Positions 37,801-50,377 of a DNA stretch of 64,000 nucleotides are shown piece by piece; the first letter of the stretch is position 1; each line of letters opens with the position of its first letter. This stretch comes from Eledone cirrhosa. Its lineage: Eukaryota. A model generated the notes under the pieces. It was not told where the DNA came from. It made no database searches and worked only from the letters and a program-made list of their open reading frames with translations. Location: NCBI GenBank assembly GCA_964016885.1, contig OZ024741.1:156488001-156552000 (forward strand), read 5' to 3'. Both the position numbers and the translations under genes were made by a program.

Positions 37801-38172
37801 CCAGGCGTCTAAAGAAGTCCGGCCATCCTGCCCCAGTAGGAGCATAGATGGCCACCAGTCTAAAGGCACCACCTTCATTATTGTTCACGTCCAGGAGCAC
37901 CAACTTCCCGTCCGGGTGCCGGAAGATCGACCTTACCTCGAGATCCAGGCCTTTCCTAAACAGCACTTCCACCCCACCTCCCATTCCCTATCGGATGCAA
38001 AGATCTGATAGTCGTCGAAAATGGGGGCTAGTGCGCGCGTGTCGGAAATCCTGGTCTCGCTGACTGCAATTACATCCATTTCTATAGACCTGACGTCTTT
38101 TAGCAGGTGACCCTGCTTCCAGGACGATCCCAGGCCTCGAACATCTAAACATCCTAGTCTTAATACGGCCAT
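34891..38172 (-). pseudogene. Copy A ORF2: APE + RT + C-terminal CCHC; stops, frameshifts and an internal deletion
   Basis: MAVLRLGCLDVRGL, AGDWNG, SYIDRIF, YSDHK, KSPSLDGLPYE, NFRPITLLNTEFKILAK, LDQSKAFDRV, AYAGD, CPRC..ETILHALVQC. Confidence 0.93.
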
Positions 38173-38203
38173 GTTGGCAGGTTAAACAGAGAGAGGGGAA
38201 GGT

Positions 38204-40213
38204 TTACTTACCTTCCGGGCTCTTGTGAAGGTCGGGTTGTTCGACCTCCATAGTTAGTGGGGTTTCTTTTGGGAACCCCTTTAAAAGACTTGAAGTGGGT
38301 TTTACGTTCGGGGTTCCCACGTCCCGAGGAAAGCTGTCTCGTATTTCTTTGAATATGTCGAGCGACATTCGCACCAGAACCAAATCTTCTGGCACGCGAA
38401 ATGTGCTCGATTTAAAAATTCCCCCTTCTTTTTGTATATTTTCACTTCGTGCTACGAGGGCCATCAGTTCCTTGTTGGCCCTCCTGACGAGCACAAAGTT
38501 TTGTATGTTTTGTTGGTGTGATCTTATTTGTTTGCATGGCTGTGGTGGTGATGGTTTTGGTGGTGTTGTTTAGGTTGTATCTGTGTTTGTTGTGAGTGTG
38601 GTGTCTGAGGTTTCAGACGTTTGTGTGTATATTTGTTCTTGCGTCTGTTTCGGTTGTTTGCGTTTGGGGGATTCTGGTGATGGTGATGATGGTGTTGATG
38701 TTGGTGTGATTGGAGAGATGTTTCCGTGGGTGGTGTCTGCGTTTTTTATTGTGGGTGCTTTTGTGCTTTGTTGAGTTTTTTTTTTTTTCTTTTTGTGTTT
38801 CCTTTTTTGTATTTTGGGGGATTTGGGATTTCCCTCATTTTCATTACTGGTAGATGAGGGGGTCTGTGTCTGTAAGTGTGTCTGTATGTATGTTTAGGGT
38901 TTTATTGGTGTATGTATTTTTTTTTTGGGGGGGGGGAATTTGACAGCTTTCCTCGTTTCCCTCCTGGGTGGTCAATGTTGGTGGTGGTCTTTCTATTGGT
39001 GTTGCTGTTGGTGGTTTTGCCGGTGCTGGTGTTGGTTGTGGTCCTCGCCCCGGCGTCGGCAGCAGTGGAGCCTTTCGACCCCTTGCCTCTTTCAGCAGTT
39101 GAGGGCAGAAGGCTCGCAAATGGGTTTTTTCCCCACAAACAAAACACTGCGGCCTTTTGCCTCCTGTCATAATGTGAATGACCGTCCCATTCTGAAGGCG
39201 GATGTAGTCTGGGATTGTCTTCACATTCTCGGGCCTGATCTGGAGAAGGATCTCCAGGTCAACCCCGGACCAGTCCTCTCTGGTCGTTCTAGTCACTTCT
39301 ATAGGGACTGTATCCGTCCGCTCCACTATCACACATCCCAGAAGCCACCACATGTCAAGTCCTGGTGGTATTCTGGGAATGCGGAGACGGGCCGCTCTTT
39401 TTCCCATGTGGAGGGGTACATTATGACCTTGCTGGATTTGCAAGGAGTCATAGCGTGTTTCATAGCGAGGGCTTCTGACTTGAACAACACCGAAATGGTG
39501 CCGTACTGTCTGCCCCTCTCTATGTACTGAGTGTCTTCTCTGATGCACCTCAGCGCGACTTCGACATCTTCTTGTGGGATTAAAGCTGCCCTTTTGGTTT
39601 GTGCTGAGATGCATCTATAATGCACCGTTTTGCGCTCCACTGCCTCAATAGCTTCTACCGGGACAGTTAAGTTGGCCCAAGTTTGCTCTTGCTTGATGAG
39701 CTTCCATACCTGGGCCAACTTTTCATCTTTGTTTGAGAGGTCCATGTTGAAGCATGGCCTCTTTTTTTGCTGCTGCAGCGAAAGTGTTCTTGTTTTCGTT
39801 GGGGGTGTTGTTGACGTTGTTCTTGTTGGTGTTGTTGTTAGCACTGTCGCTGTTATCATTGTTGTCTTTGTTGCCACCGTTGTTCTCGGTGCAGTTGGTA
39901 TTGTTGCTGTTGGTGTTTTCGCTATTTGTTTTCATGTTAGTGGTGTTGATATTGTTGTTGTATTTGTTATTTTCTTTTTGTTTTCTGTATTTTCGTTGTC
40001 GCTATTACTGTCATTTTTTTCAAAATTAGAGTTCTTATTGGTATCACTGGTGTCTTTGTTTACCTTGTTTGTGGTGGTGTTTGTGTTATCAATGTGTGAT
40101 AATTTCGCTGTAGCGCTCCTCTCAACTTCTAAGTCGTTGTCGCACGACAGCCGACATATCGCTGGGGGGCGTGGCTCAGCCATGTTTTTTTTTCTTCCTA
40201 AATTTTTTAACAT
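38204..40213 (-). pseudogene. Copy A ORF1: Thr/Asn-rich N-terminus, central domain, CCHC zinc knuckle; frameshifted
   Basis: ORF pieces 39932-40213, 39329-39877, 38844-39614 (CFVCGEKTHLRAFC) and 38204-38494. Confidence 0.88.
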
Positions 40214-40405
40214 GTAAAAAAAAGTTCAAATATTTGGACCAATAGGCCCAAATATTATACTTTCCCCTTCACGGGGAAAGTCTAAGGGCTTATATCCCTT
40301 ACACAACAAGAAATATTTAACAACAAATAATTTAAACAGCAAATAAAGCGACTTACTGTGAGCCAGCAAAATACGTCCGCTTAGACCAATAATAATAATA
40401 ATAAT

Positions 40406-43400
40406 GCTTTCTTTATTAACCACAAGAGTTTACATAAAGTAGACATTAAGGACAGTACAGGACAATCCAGGACTGTACAAATGGGTTTTTCTGCGTGTAA
40501 AAAGCAAAAACAGAGGATGTAACAAAAAATAACAATGGAAAATTCCCCAATAGGGGGGAGACTTCGGAGGGACATTTGTGGAGAAAGCCCATTAAAAAGT
40601 CACAGAGACCCTGATCACCAGGGCAAGTGCCCTCTCCCAGTTTTCAACCTTTAATTTACAGACACATACGCAGAGTAGGCCCATTCACTCGAGCCATACT
40701 TGCTTCTCTCACCCATCTTTCAACAAAATGCTGGGAAGAGAGCACTTCCCTCTCTACTCTGATTTTCCTTTTAAAATAAAATTTTAAAAAGTTAATCAGG
40801 GCATTACCGAAGAGGTAAGTGCTCGTCTTCAGCCCTTTCAAACGTGTCCACCATACTATCTCTTTCGCCATGGCCACCAGACAGATAAAATCTGCCTGCC
40901 CTTCCCGGCTAAAGGAAGAGGGCGGGGCAATCCTCACGATGGACTCAGCTGATAGCTGGATCCGTCCTACACGTGACAGCAGGTGTTCGACATAAACCCA
41001 TAAGTCAGCAATGCTCGGACACTGGACGAGTGCGTACAGGACGGTTTCGTCACCCTGCGCACATCTCGGACATGCCCGTCTGACGGCACCTCCATGCCTG
41101 TAGAGTTTATCCCGAACTGGCAAAGCTCCTCGGTAGCACTGCCAGGCCAGGGATTTCTGGAAGTTGTCCATAGGCCCCGGCCCGAAAGTTCTTCCGAAGA
41201 GATTGGCTACTTGATTTTCGTCGACGCCTAGAGTTTCTCCAAGTACGTCGTAGCTCTTACCCTTCACTAATCCTATATAGAACGCCAAGGTGGAGTTTCC
41301 ACAGATCACATTGCCCGATTGTGAGCGCCTGATGACATTCCAGTCTCCAGCGCTCCCTCTCGGTCTTCGCTTGACCCAGGACTGCAGGTCCGTCATGGAG
41401 ACGAGCTGGGGAAAGACGTGTCTAGCAAACGGCGACCACACCTGATCACCGTTGAGGAAGAGGTAGAGATGTCGTAGCCTGAGCGCGTGTCTGCACATCG
41501 TCAGCCACGGCTTGCCCAGCCCTCCACGTAGCGGGTGTTGACAGCAGGTGGACCGCCTGACCATCGGAGCGCGTCCCTTCCACAAAAAGCGAAAGAGCAA
41601 ACGTTCCAGCGCAGTCAGGCGGGGCTTAGGACAAGGTACGACGGTCAGGCGGTAGTAGATGACGGACGCGATGAACGCGTTAGCCACCTCCGCTCGACCT
41701 TTCAGGGATAGCCACCCTGCTCGTCACCTCGTGCCAGCTTTTGTCCGTCTGGAGGTCCGGACCGAACCAGACCCCTAACAATTTAACCGGTCCGTCCGTC
41801 CAGCGCCCGACGACGCTCTTGGACAGCATGGACCTGCCTCTCCAGGTTCCGAGCTGCAGGCCCACTGACATTTCCTGGTTGATCATTGCTCCTGTCACCG
41901 CTTTGTATTCTCTTAGTATAGTGCCGATCGCCTCGATGTATTTGGCGTTCCGTGACATCGTCCGCATATGCTGACACGAATCTTCCGCATCCTAGCTCGC
42001 GCGGAACTCCCCTCAAAGTCTCCAGTTTGTGCAGTAATGGCTCGAGAGACAATACGTACAAGAGGGACGAGAGAGGACATCCTTGGCGGACCGAGCGCAT
42101 GATGTTGAACGGTTCTGAAAGGTGACCGTTCACTCTCACCACAGAGCAGATGTCGCTGTGCATGGCAGCGATCCAGCCTCTGAAGACGGGCCCAAAGCCA
42201 GCCGCCTTCAGGACTGCCGCTAGGTAACGATGGTCGAGCCTATCGAAAGCTTTCGACTGATCCAAATTGATCAAGGACCCACCCGTGCCATGTTCCCTAG
42301 CTACCCTCTCTACGATGTATCGCACTCGGGCCCATTGAACGGCTTTTGTCCCCTCGTGTCTGAGAGCACGCACCATAGCTCTGACAACGCAGCCTTCGTG
42401 CTTTGCATTGAAGAATTGGTCAAGGGCCAATTTCGCCCCAAGTACGTCGGTCGCGATGCCTTTGCTAAGCGCCTCGTCTAAATTTCTAACTAGTTCTCCC
42501 TCTGCTCTATTTTTCTCTATTTTTCTCTTACTAAACCTAATGGACTCTATTCTAATCGCTCTTTTCAGAGCAAACCACCACTTGTTGACGATGGCCCCGG
42601 TCAACGCCCGCTTTAACTAGTTCGCTACTCCGTTCTCTGTAGGCCTTGCACGCTGGTAAGGACGCGTTTAGCTTCCAGTAGCCGGGTCCTCGTCTATGAA
42701 GCCTATCTAAGTCAAGCACACAGATCACGAATTTGTGGTCCGTGTAGCTGACTATCTTGAATTGTGGACAGCCTATGCTAGACCTATCTATTTCCCTACA
42801 AAATACTCTATCTAGATATGATCTGGATGACCCGATACGGTTTGTCCAAGTCCACATTGGCACATTCGGGAAATCCTATCGGTACCTGTCAGACAGTTAA
42901 AAACGCCTGAGCAGATTGGTGAGGCTCTTGCACCCTTCTCCCCTATCCGCTAATCCCACACAGTCCTAGCGTGCATCTACGATCCCGTTCCAGTCGCCCA
43001 CTAACACTAAAAAGCGGGACATTCCAAGAAGGGTCTCCAGACGCCGGAAGAAATCAGGCCGCCCTGCTCCTGTCAGGGCATAGACGGCCACTAGCCTGAA
43101 AGCTTGCCCGTCTCCGCTTGCCACGTCCAGCACCACCAACTTACCTTCTGGGTCCAGGAAGATGGCCCGTATGGCGAGATCCAAACCTCTCCGAAAAAGC
43201 ACAGCAACACCTCCCACCGATCCCGGACGGCTGGGAGATGCGTACACATCGTAGCCGCCGAAGATCGGTGCGAAGGTCCGTACTTCGGAAATTCTGGTCT
43301 CGCTGATGGCCAGTACATCTATGTTTAGTGACCTGAGATCGTTGAGCAGGTGGCCCTGCTTCCATGACGACCCCAAACCACGCGCATTTATGCTGCCTAT

Positions 43401-45407
43401 TCTGAGTGAAGTCATGTTGAAATGGAGTGGAAAAGATGGGAAAGACCACTTACCTTACTTCTCGTAGGGGAAGGATTGTTTCTCCATCCTTTTCACTGCT
43501 TGTGGCCTCCTCTGGAAGGATGTGCTTATAAATCCTCCTGGAGAGTGCTTGTCGGAAGTCTCCGATATCTTTGGGGAATTTTTGTTTTAGTGTCATGTAC
43601 GTTTTCTGTGTGATGCGAGTGATTTGTATGTGTGGAGGTGGTGTGAACTTTTGGGTTGTTGTGTAGTCTTTTTCTGTGATGCTGGTGTTGTGTTGGATGT
43701 AGTGTAATAATTGGTTGTTGTTCAAATTTAATGCTGTGTAGTGTGTATCGTTTTGGTTGTTTTGTTTTGTTTGCGTTTGTTGTGGGTTTGTTTCTGTTTC
43801 GCTTTATGGTGACTTTTGTGGTGCTGGTGATGGTGGTATTGGGGTTAATGATGGTGTTGGTGTTTGTGTTGATGGGGTTGGTGATGCTGGTGTGGATGGT
43901 GGCATATCTGTCTTAACTTTTTTGAATGATAGTTTATTTGTTTCCCTCTGTATTTTGTTTTTGGAGGGGGAAGGAAGGGGATTTGTTCTTTTTTGGTTTC
44001 TTTTTCTTTTTTCCTTTTTTCCTGATACCGTTTCCCACTCCTCGTCGTGACAATCTGTCTCCAGTTGCGATAGGTCGGGGAGTGGAAAGACCTCCACAGG
44101 CGTTGGTTTTGGTTGTGGTGTGGTGGATGGTGTAGGCGCTGGTGCTAGTTCTGGCGCGTTGGGTGGTGGTGGTGTTGGTTTTGCCCTCGACGATTACGGG
44201 AGGTGGCTGCCGTCAGTGAGGTCTATTACCTCTGGGATGTCCTCAATGCTTTTTTGGTCCGCTTGGATCATGAGCTCCATCCCAGATCCGGACCAGTTCT
44301 CCTGCTTTTCTTTCGCTATTTAGATTATCTTGGTGTTGGCTTCGATGCCGGCGAGGACAGCAGCCATTATCCAGGGAATTTCGATGGCGGGTGGAACGTG
44401 GGTCACCCTGATCTTCACGAGTCTCTGGCCACAATATCTTGGGACGAGTGTGAAGTCGTCACTTCTTAATGGGGCCATGGAGTGTTCTCTGGCCTCCTGT
44501 CGTGTTTCAAAGAACACGTCCACGGTTCCATATTTCTGCCCACGTCTGATGTGGGTTTTTTGCCCGCACATGACCCAAAGCTTTTTGGATTTGGGACTCG
44601 GATGCCCGTTCCAATCGGCGCGATTTTATGTTAATCGTCCGATAAGACACGGTGCATAGGCGCCGATGCTCCATGTTATTAGGTGTGTGTGTGGGGGGGA
44701 GGGGCTGACCCTGGATCTATCTTTCTTTACCATTTTTTGGCTTCTTCTAATTCCTCCTGAGTTACCTGAAATGCTTCGCACTTTTTTGCTACTCTGGCAA
44801 AAGACAGGGTTTTCTTATTCTCTTTGTTGCTGTTGTTGTTATCGTTATTTTTGTTATTGTTAACTTTAATTTCAGTTGTGGTGGTGGCGTCAGTGGTGTT
44901 CGGTGTGGAAGAGTTAATTTTGGCTGAATTCGTTTCGATATCACGAGATAATTTATTTTTTTTATTTTGTTTCTGTTGTCGCTGTGCTGGTGGTGGGCAC
45001 GGTGGCTTCAACACCTGCAGTCCTTGGTAATGGCGGGAAATGAATGTCTGTCTGAGACAAATTTAAAATATTGCTACTGCTTATATTTTTAGTGTTGGCA
45101 AACGTAGTAATATTTACAATGGTGGTGTCGGTGTGAGGTGTTAGTTTGTGAGGAAGGCTCTCAGCTACTGGGTTCAGCTGTGAGTCGGCCATGATTTTTC
45201 AAAGAAATTTTTTTTGTTTGATAATTATAAAAGTTTAAATTTTGGGCTCAAGGCCCCAATCTTTTTGAGTGTCATTTTCAGAAAACAATGTTTGTGCACT
45301 TATATACAGTTAATAATAAAAATTTTCCATAAATGGCAATTTTAAACAACTGAAAACAACAAATCTTTGCGGAGCTCACGATGATACGATTTACTACGTA
45401 GGTCGCC
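40406..45407 (-). mobile_element. Full-length Tx1-group LINE copy B (different subfamily, RT internally deleted)
   Basis: 5' end ATT|GGCGACCTACG; ORF1 45192-43450 (broken); ORF2 43415-40656 with MTSLRIGSINARGL, VRQGCPLS and AYADD; 3' end GTGGTTAATAAAGAAAGC(ATT)6 abutting copy A. Confidence 0.95.
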
Positions 45408-45451
<44 letters not shown>

Positions 45452-45457
45452 GGAAAG

Positions 45458-46130
45458 GGACGCACGTGGTGGATAGTGTGTTATGGAATCGCTCCCGTAA
45501 GTTTTTGATTTTTAACATATTTAAAACAATTGTGATATAACAATTCCTAGTACAAATGGGACATAAAGCGCCAGGCTTAACTCTCATTAATTTCGGATCA
45601 ATAATATCCTGTTATATCGCTCACATATTCAATTTTGTATTATAAATTTTATATTTAAAAAAGAAAGTGGTCATATATGGAAGAAAACCCCTCTGTCTAC
45701 ACTATATAGAACAGCCAAATAACAGCAATTTCACCAACACCACAAACTAGATACACCACCTATCCCATCACCCCTCTGTATACACTAAATACAACAGCCA
45801 GATAACGTCAATTTCACCACCACCAATCCCAGCATAATAATAATAATTAGTATTATTGTATCTCAAGTTTTCTCAAAATGTTTAATTCAAATATTAAGGG
45901 AATATGTCAACACATATATTAAACATACGCAACAAACCGCATAGATACACAGATCAAACAAACTACAGTCTATTAAACAAATCTCAGTAACGACAACGCC
46001 ATCACTATAGTCACCGCCGCCACCACTCCATCATTGCTACCACTATCCCATCACCGCCGCCACCACTCCTTCATTGCTACCACCACTATTACCCCACTAC
46101 CTTCTGTTAACTTAAGAAAGGGGAAGTTGG
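45458..46130 (+). mobile_element. Possible 5' remnant (UTR + Thr-rich ORF1 start) of another Tx1-group element
   Basis: Starts GGACGCAC like the 5' end of copy C, has similar UTR composition, then ACC/AAC-rich sequence. Confidence 0.35.
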
Positions 46131-46332
46131 CGGTATCACTAGACAAGGGAGAGACTAGCAAAAGATATAAATAGACTGACTTAGTGACTCGGTCAAACGT
46201 CTACGACTATGGTACTGCTGAGTCCCCCATTCCCCACCAACAATAGAAAAAGCTCCAGCACCACCACCACCGACATAGCCAACAACAATAACAGGCAACT
46301 TCAGCAAAAAGTATATTATATTGTTAATAATA

Positions 46333-49300
46333 ATTTCATTCTTAAGCCACGCAATGCTCACATTAAGGAACCACTCATGATAATAACAATTTAAAAAACA
46401 ACAAAAAAGAAAACTCCGTGACCAAGAAATACCGGGATGGCGGCCGGCGGGGAATAGCCATATCTCTAGGGGAGGACGACCCCTCTAGTCTTGGTTGACA
46501 CTCGTCCTAGAAGTGGTAACACACGAAATGATTACCCCTTCGCGGTTAAGGATAAAACGCGACAAAATAAAGTAAATGTCAAATGATAAAATCTCATACC
46601 GGATCGGCCGTCACCCGAGTCAAAAAGGGTCGCGTCCCTCAGAGAGGAACCAGACTGTGGTCGAAAAATTAGCTAATGGTTCAAACCTTCAAATCACTTC
46701 GAAGCTGGAGACCTCCCATAACCGGAATACTCCTACTGTTGGCCCTCCATGCTCACCACCAAGAAATCCAAAGAAAAAGAGAGAAAAATGGTCAAGGGAA
46801 GACAATAAAGAAGTCCTTGAGGCTTTCTACACTGCCATGAACTACCCATCGAATATATCGAATATAGAACAGACATATATCAACTGGAAAAAGAAACATC
46901 CAGAAAACAGAGGCTATATTGACAGTAACAAACTAGCCAATATACGAAGAAATATTGTTAAAAAAAAATTACTAACTGATATAGAAATTGATCAGATCAA
47001 GCTATTAGTACAAAGTCAGCGAAGGAAAAATGAAACATGTGTCAGTGAAAACGAGGTAAATTGTAACACTTCGAATCCCAGGGTTGGGGCGGAATCACTG
47101 ACAACAGAACAAATTAAAGAAAGGATACGAAAAGTGGAGGGAGTGCATGCACAAGATGAAACTCAAAATGAAAACAATGAGATCGTAAATGATAAAGAAA
47201 TGAATGAGAATGAACTTGCCAACTTGAAGGATGAAATTATGATCGAATGGATGAAAATGAAAGAATCTGACATTGGGGAGCGAGACACCCTCCCTAAGAT
47301 CCAGAACTCCAAACAGAACCAAAAGATAATACACAAGACTTACATAATTCTCAAAAACTTTATCATCACAAACAAACTAAACATTACTGATTTAAATCAT
47401 CTCTATTATACATCGGCTAAAGTCACCACTCACTTATGTGGAGTGAAAATGAAAAAACAAAGGAATCCCTACAAGAAATCTACTTGGCAAGAGAACATCA
47501 ATCGCCAAATAAACCTTCTCCGATCTGACATAGAAAGTTTAACAAACTACAAAGTAGGTGAACATGTTAAACAAACTAAACTTAGAAAATTGAAAAGAAA
47601 ATACAGTATAAAATCAACAAGTGAGATAGACATGCTGATAGAAATAATCAAGCAAAAAATGTCGGCCAAACCTGCTCGTATAAGGCGCTTTGAAAAACGA
47701 TCTAGATTCTATAAGCACAATAATATGTTCAAAAACAACCAAAGAAACTACTATAGAAAAATTGGGACGTCAACAATAACTGCTAAATCAATACCACCCA
47801 AGGAGGAAGTGCAAGAATTCTGGGAAAAGATCTGGGCCGAAGAAAAAGTTCATAATATACATGCCCCATGGATAGACAGACAAATGAAAGATACAGCTCA
47901 CCTTGAGGAACAAATATGGGAAAATATAACAGTTGAACAGTTGCGTTTGGCTCTTAGAAAAACCAGCAAATGTAAATCCCCAGGAAAAGACAAAATACAA
48001 AATCTTTGGATAAATGCCTTCACAGAGTCTCATGAGCTGTTAGCCCAACTTTACAATGAAATAGTTAAGGAGCCAGAAAAATACCATCATGGCTAGTTAA
48101 CGACATTACATTCCTGCTTCCGAAGACAAAAAATGAGACAAACAATGAGACAAACAATCCCACAAATTACAGACCGATAACTTGCTTGACCACAATGTAT
48201 AACATTTTAACATCAGTCCTAACTGATATACATATGACCACCTGATAACAAATGACCTATTTCCCAATGAGCAGAAAGGGTGTAAACGAGACTCATATGG
48301 CTGTAAGGATCAGCTTTTGGTTAACAAAATGATACTGGAAGATTGTCATAATAGACACAAAAATCTATCAATTGCTTGGATAGATTATAAAAAAGCATTC
48401 GATAGTTTGCCACACAGTTGGATTGAAAAATGTTTAGAGATTTTCAAAATATCTCCCGTTGTCAGGAGGTTCTTGTCATTCAGTATGAAGACATGGAAAA
48501 CGACACTCCTTTTGAATAGTGAAAAGGAATCACTGGAAGCTGGAGAAGTTAATATTAATTGTGGAATTTTTCAGGGTGACTCTTTATCCCCGCTTTTATT
48601 CTGCATCGCTTTTATGCCATTAAGTAAAATGCTCAATGAAACAAAACATGAATATAAAGTCTATGACAAAACCATTAATCATTGTTCTACATGGATGACA
48701 TGAAACTATTTGCAAAAAATGATGAACAATTGCAAGGGCTATTATCCACTGTGGAGCAGTTCAGTGATGACATTAAAATGGAGTTTGGACTAGATAAATG
48801 CGCCAAAGCAACGTTCACCAGAGGAAAGCTGCTGAAAAGTTCAGACACTAATCTTGATCGGGGGAATGTGATAAGAGAACTAGATCAAGAGGAAACTTAC
48901 AAATATCTAGGTGTTTGTGAAGGAGACGGAATCAAGCACTCGACAATGAGGGAAAGGATAAGGAAGGAATGTTACCGCAGAGTAAGAGCAATCTTAAAGA
49001 ACGGAATTGAATGCAAGGAATAGGATCGATGCCATAAACACGCTTGCCATACCAGTAGTAACATACAGTTACAATGTCATCAACTGGTTAAGCACAGAGA
49101 TCCGTAGGCTCGATACAAAAATTCGAAAATTCTTAACCATGCACAGAATGCATCACCCTAAGGCAGATACAGATAGAATATATCTCCCTAGGAAAGAAGG
49201 AACACGTGGGTTAATCCAGTTAGATATTGCGTTGAAAACTGCAACAATTGGATTATCTACATATCTAAGGGAATCACATGATTGGATGATCAAACTCGTT

Positions 49301-50376
49301 TTGAAACACGACACCATCAAAAGATCATACTCCATTACAAAAGATGCACAAATATACAGTAATGGACTACAAATTTCAGAAGTCCCATTTACTGCTGAAA
49401 TGGAAAACACAGAAAAAGCAAAGCAGGTAAAAGTAACTGCAAAAAAAGAACTGCTTCAGAAACTGGCTAAGAAATGGCAAGAAAAGCCTCTGTATGGAAA
49501 ATACCCAGAGCGAGCTAACAATACTGATGTTGACAAAACTTTAACCCATCAGTGGATAGCATCCTCTGGACTGGAATCGGAGACTGAAGGACTGATTATA
49601 TCAGTACAAGATCAGTGTCTGCCAACAAAAAATTACCAAGCCAACATAATAAAAAATGGATGCAACCCATTATGCTGTGTATGCAAAAAAACAACCAGAG
49701 ACCATTGATCATATAATTTCAATGTGCAGTCCAACCGAATACCTAAACAGGCATGACAGAGCTGCACAATACATACATTGGATAATGTGTAAGCATTTTG
49801 ACCTGCCCCATCAAAAGAATTGGTGGGAGTATCAACCACCTCCCATACTTGAAAAAGATCACATCTCAATCTTGTGGAACTTTAGCATCCAAACAGACCG
49901 AAAAATAGATGCAAATAGACCTGATATAATACTGAAAAGAGGGTATGCCTGCTAAGTGATATGTCCGTTCCAATAGACACGAATGTATCTATAAAAACAT
50001 TTGAAAAATTGAGCAAGTATAAGGACCTGGAGATAGAAATTGGAAAAATGTGGAAATTGAGAACTAAAACAATACCAGTGGTTGTAGGCGCTCTAGGAAT
50101 GATACCTAGGGGGTCTAATGATTACTTATCGCAAATCCCAGGAAACCCGCGTATAGGAGAAATACAAAAGATAGCACTAATGGGAACTGCCCATATACTA
50201 AGGAAGATTCTGTCAATATAAGTACTTCACAAGTCTAAACACCTAAAGATGCATGTGTTTGTATGTATGTTCTTTCTTGAACATGGCGGACCTTGTTGTC
50301 TCTTGAGGTCACTGGTTGTGACTTGGTGATAACTCGTATGAACATACAGCAAGATAAATGCAACTATAATAATAAT
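46333..50376 (+). mobile_element. Near full-length R4/Dong-type RLE LINE (copy D)
   Basis: Begins after TAATAATAAT, single broken ORF 46576-50221, ends CAACTA(TAA)n. Confidence 0.92.
46576..50221 (+). pseudogene. Copy D polyprotein: N-terminal domain + RT + CCHC + PD-(D/E)xK endonuclease; about six frameshifts
   Basis: [67 protein letters not shown]-like TRGL, CCVC..ETIDHIISMC, RHD, RPDII, DMSVP, KLSKY, VVGALG. Confidence 0.93.
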
Positions 50377-50377
50377 A

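Larger units (their letters stand above)
34611..40387 (-). mobile_element. Full-length Tx1-group LINE copy A (disrupted)
   Basis: 5' end ATT|GGTCTAAGCGG, ORF1, ORF2, 3' UTR ending GTGGCTAATAAATGAAATC(ATT)n. Flanked on both sides by (AAT)n. Confidence 0.95.

Noticed and set aside
39630-40217. Hydrophobic Val/Leu-rich plus-strand ORFs resembling membrane proteins (also 43731-44135, 56419-57976)
   Set aside because: They are antisense shadows of the Thr/Asn-rich Tx1 ORF1.
44575-44725. Apparent foreign insertion in copy B ORF1
   Set aside because: Its translation (RRLCTVSYRTINIKSRRLERASESQIQKAL) aligns with ORF1 of copies A and C. It is only frameshifted.
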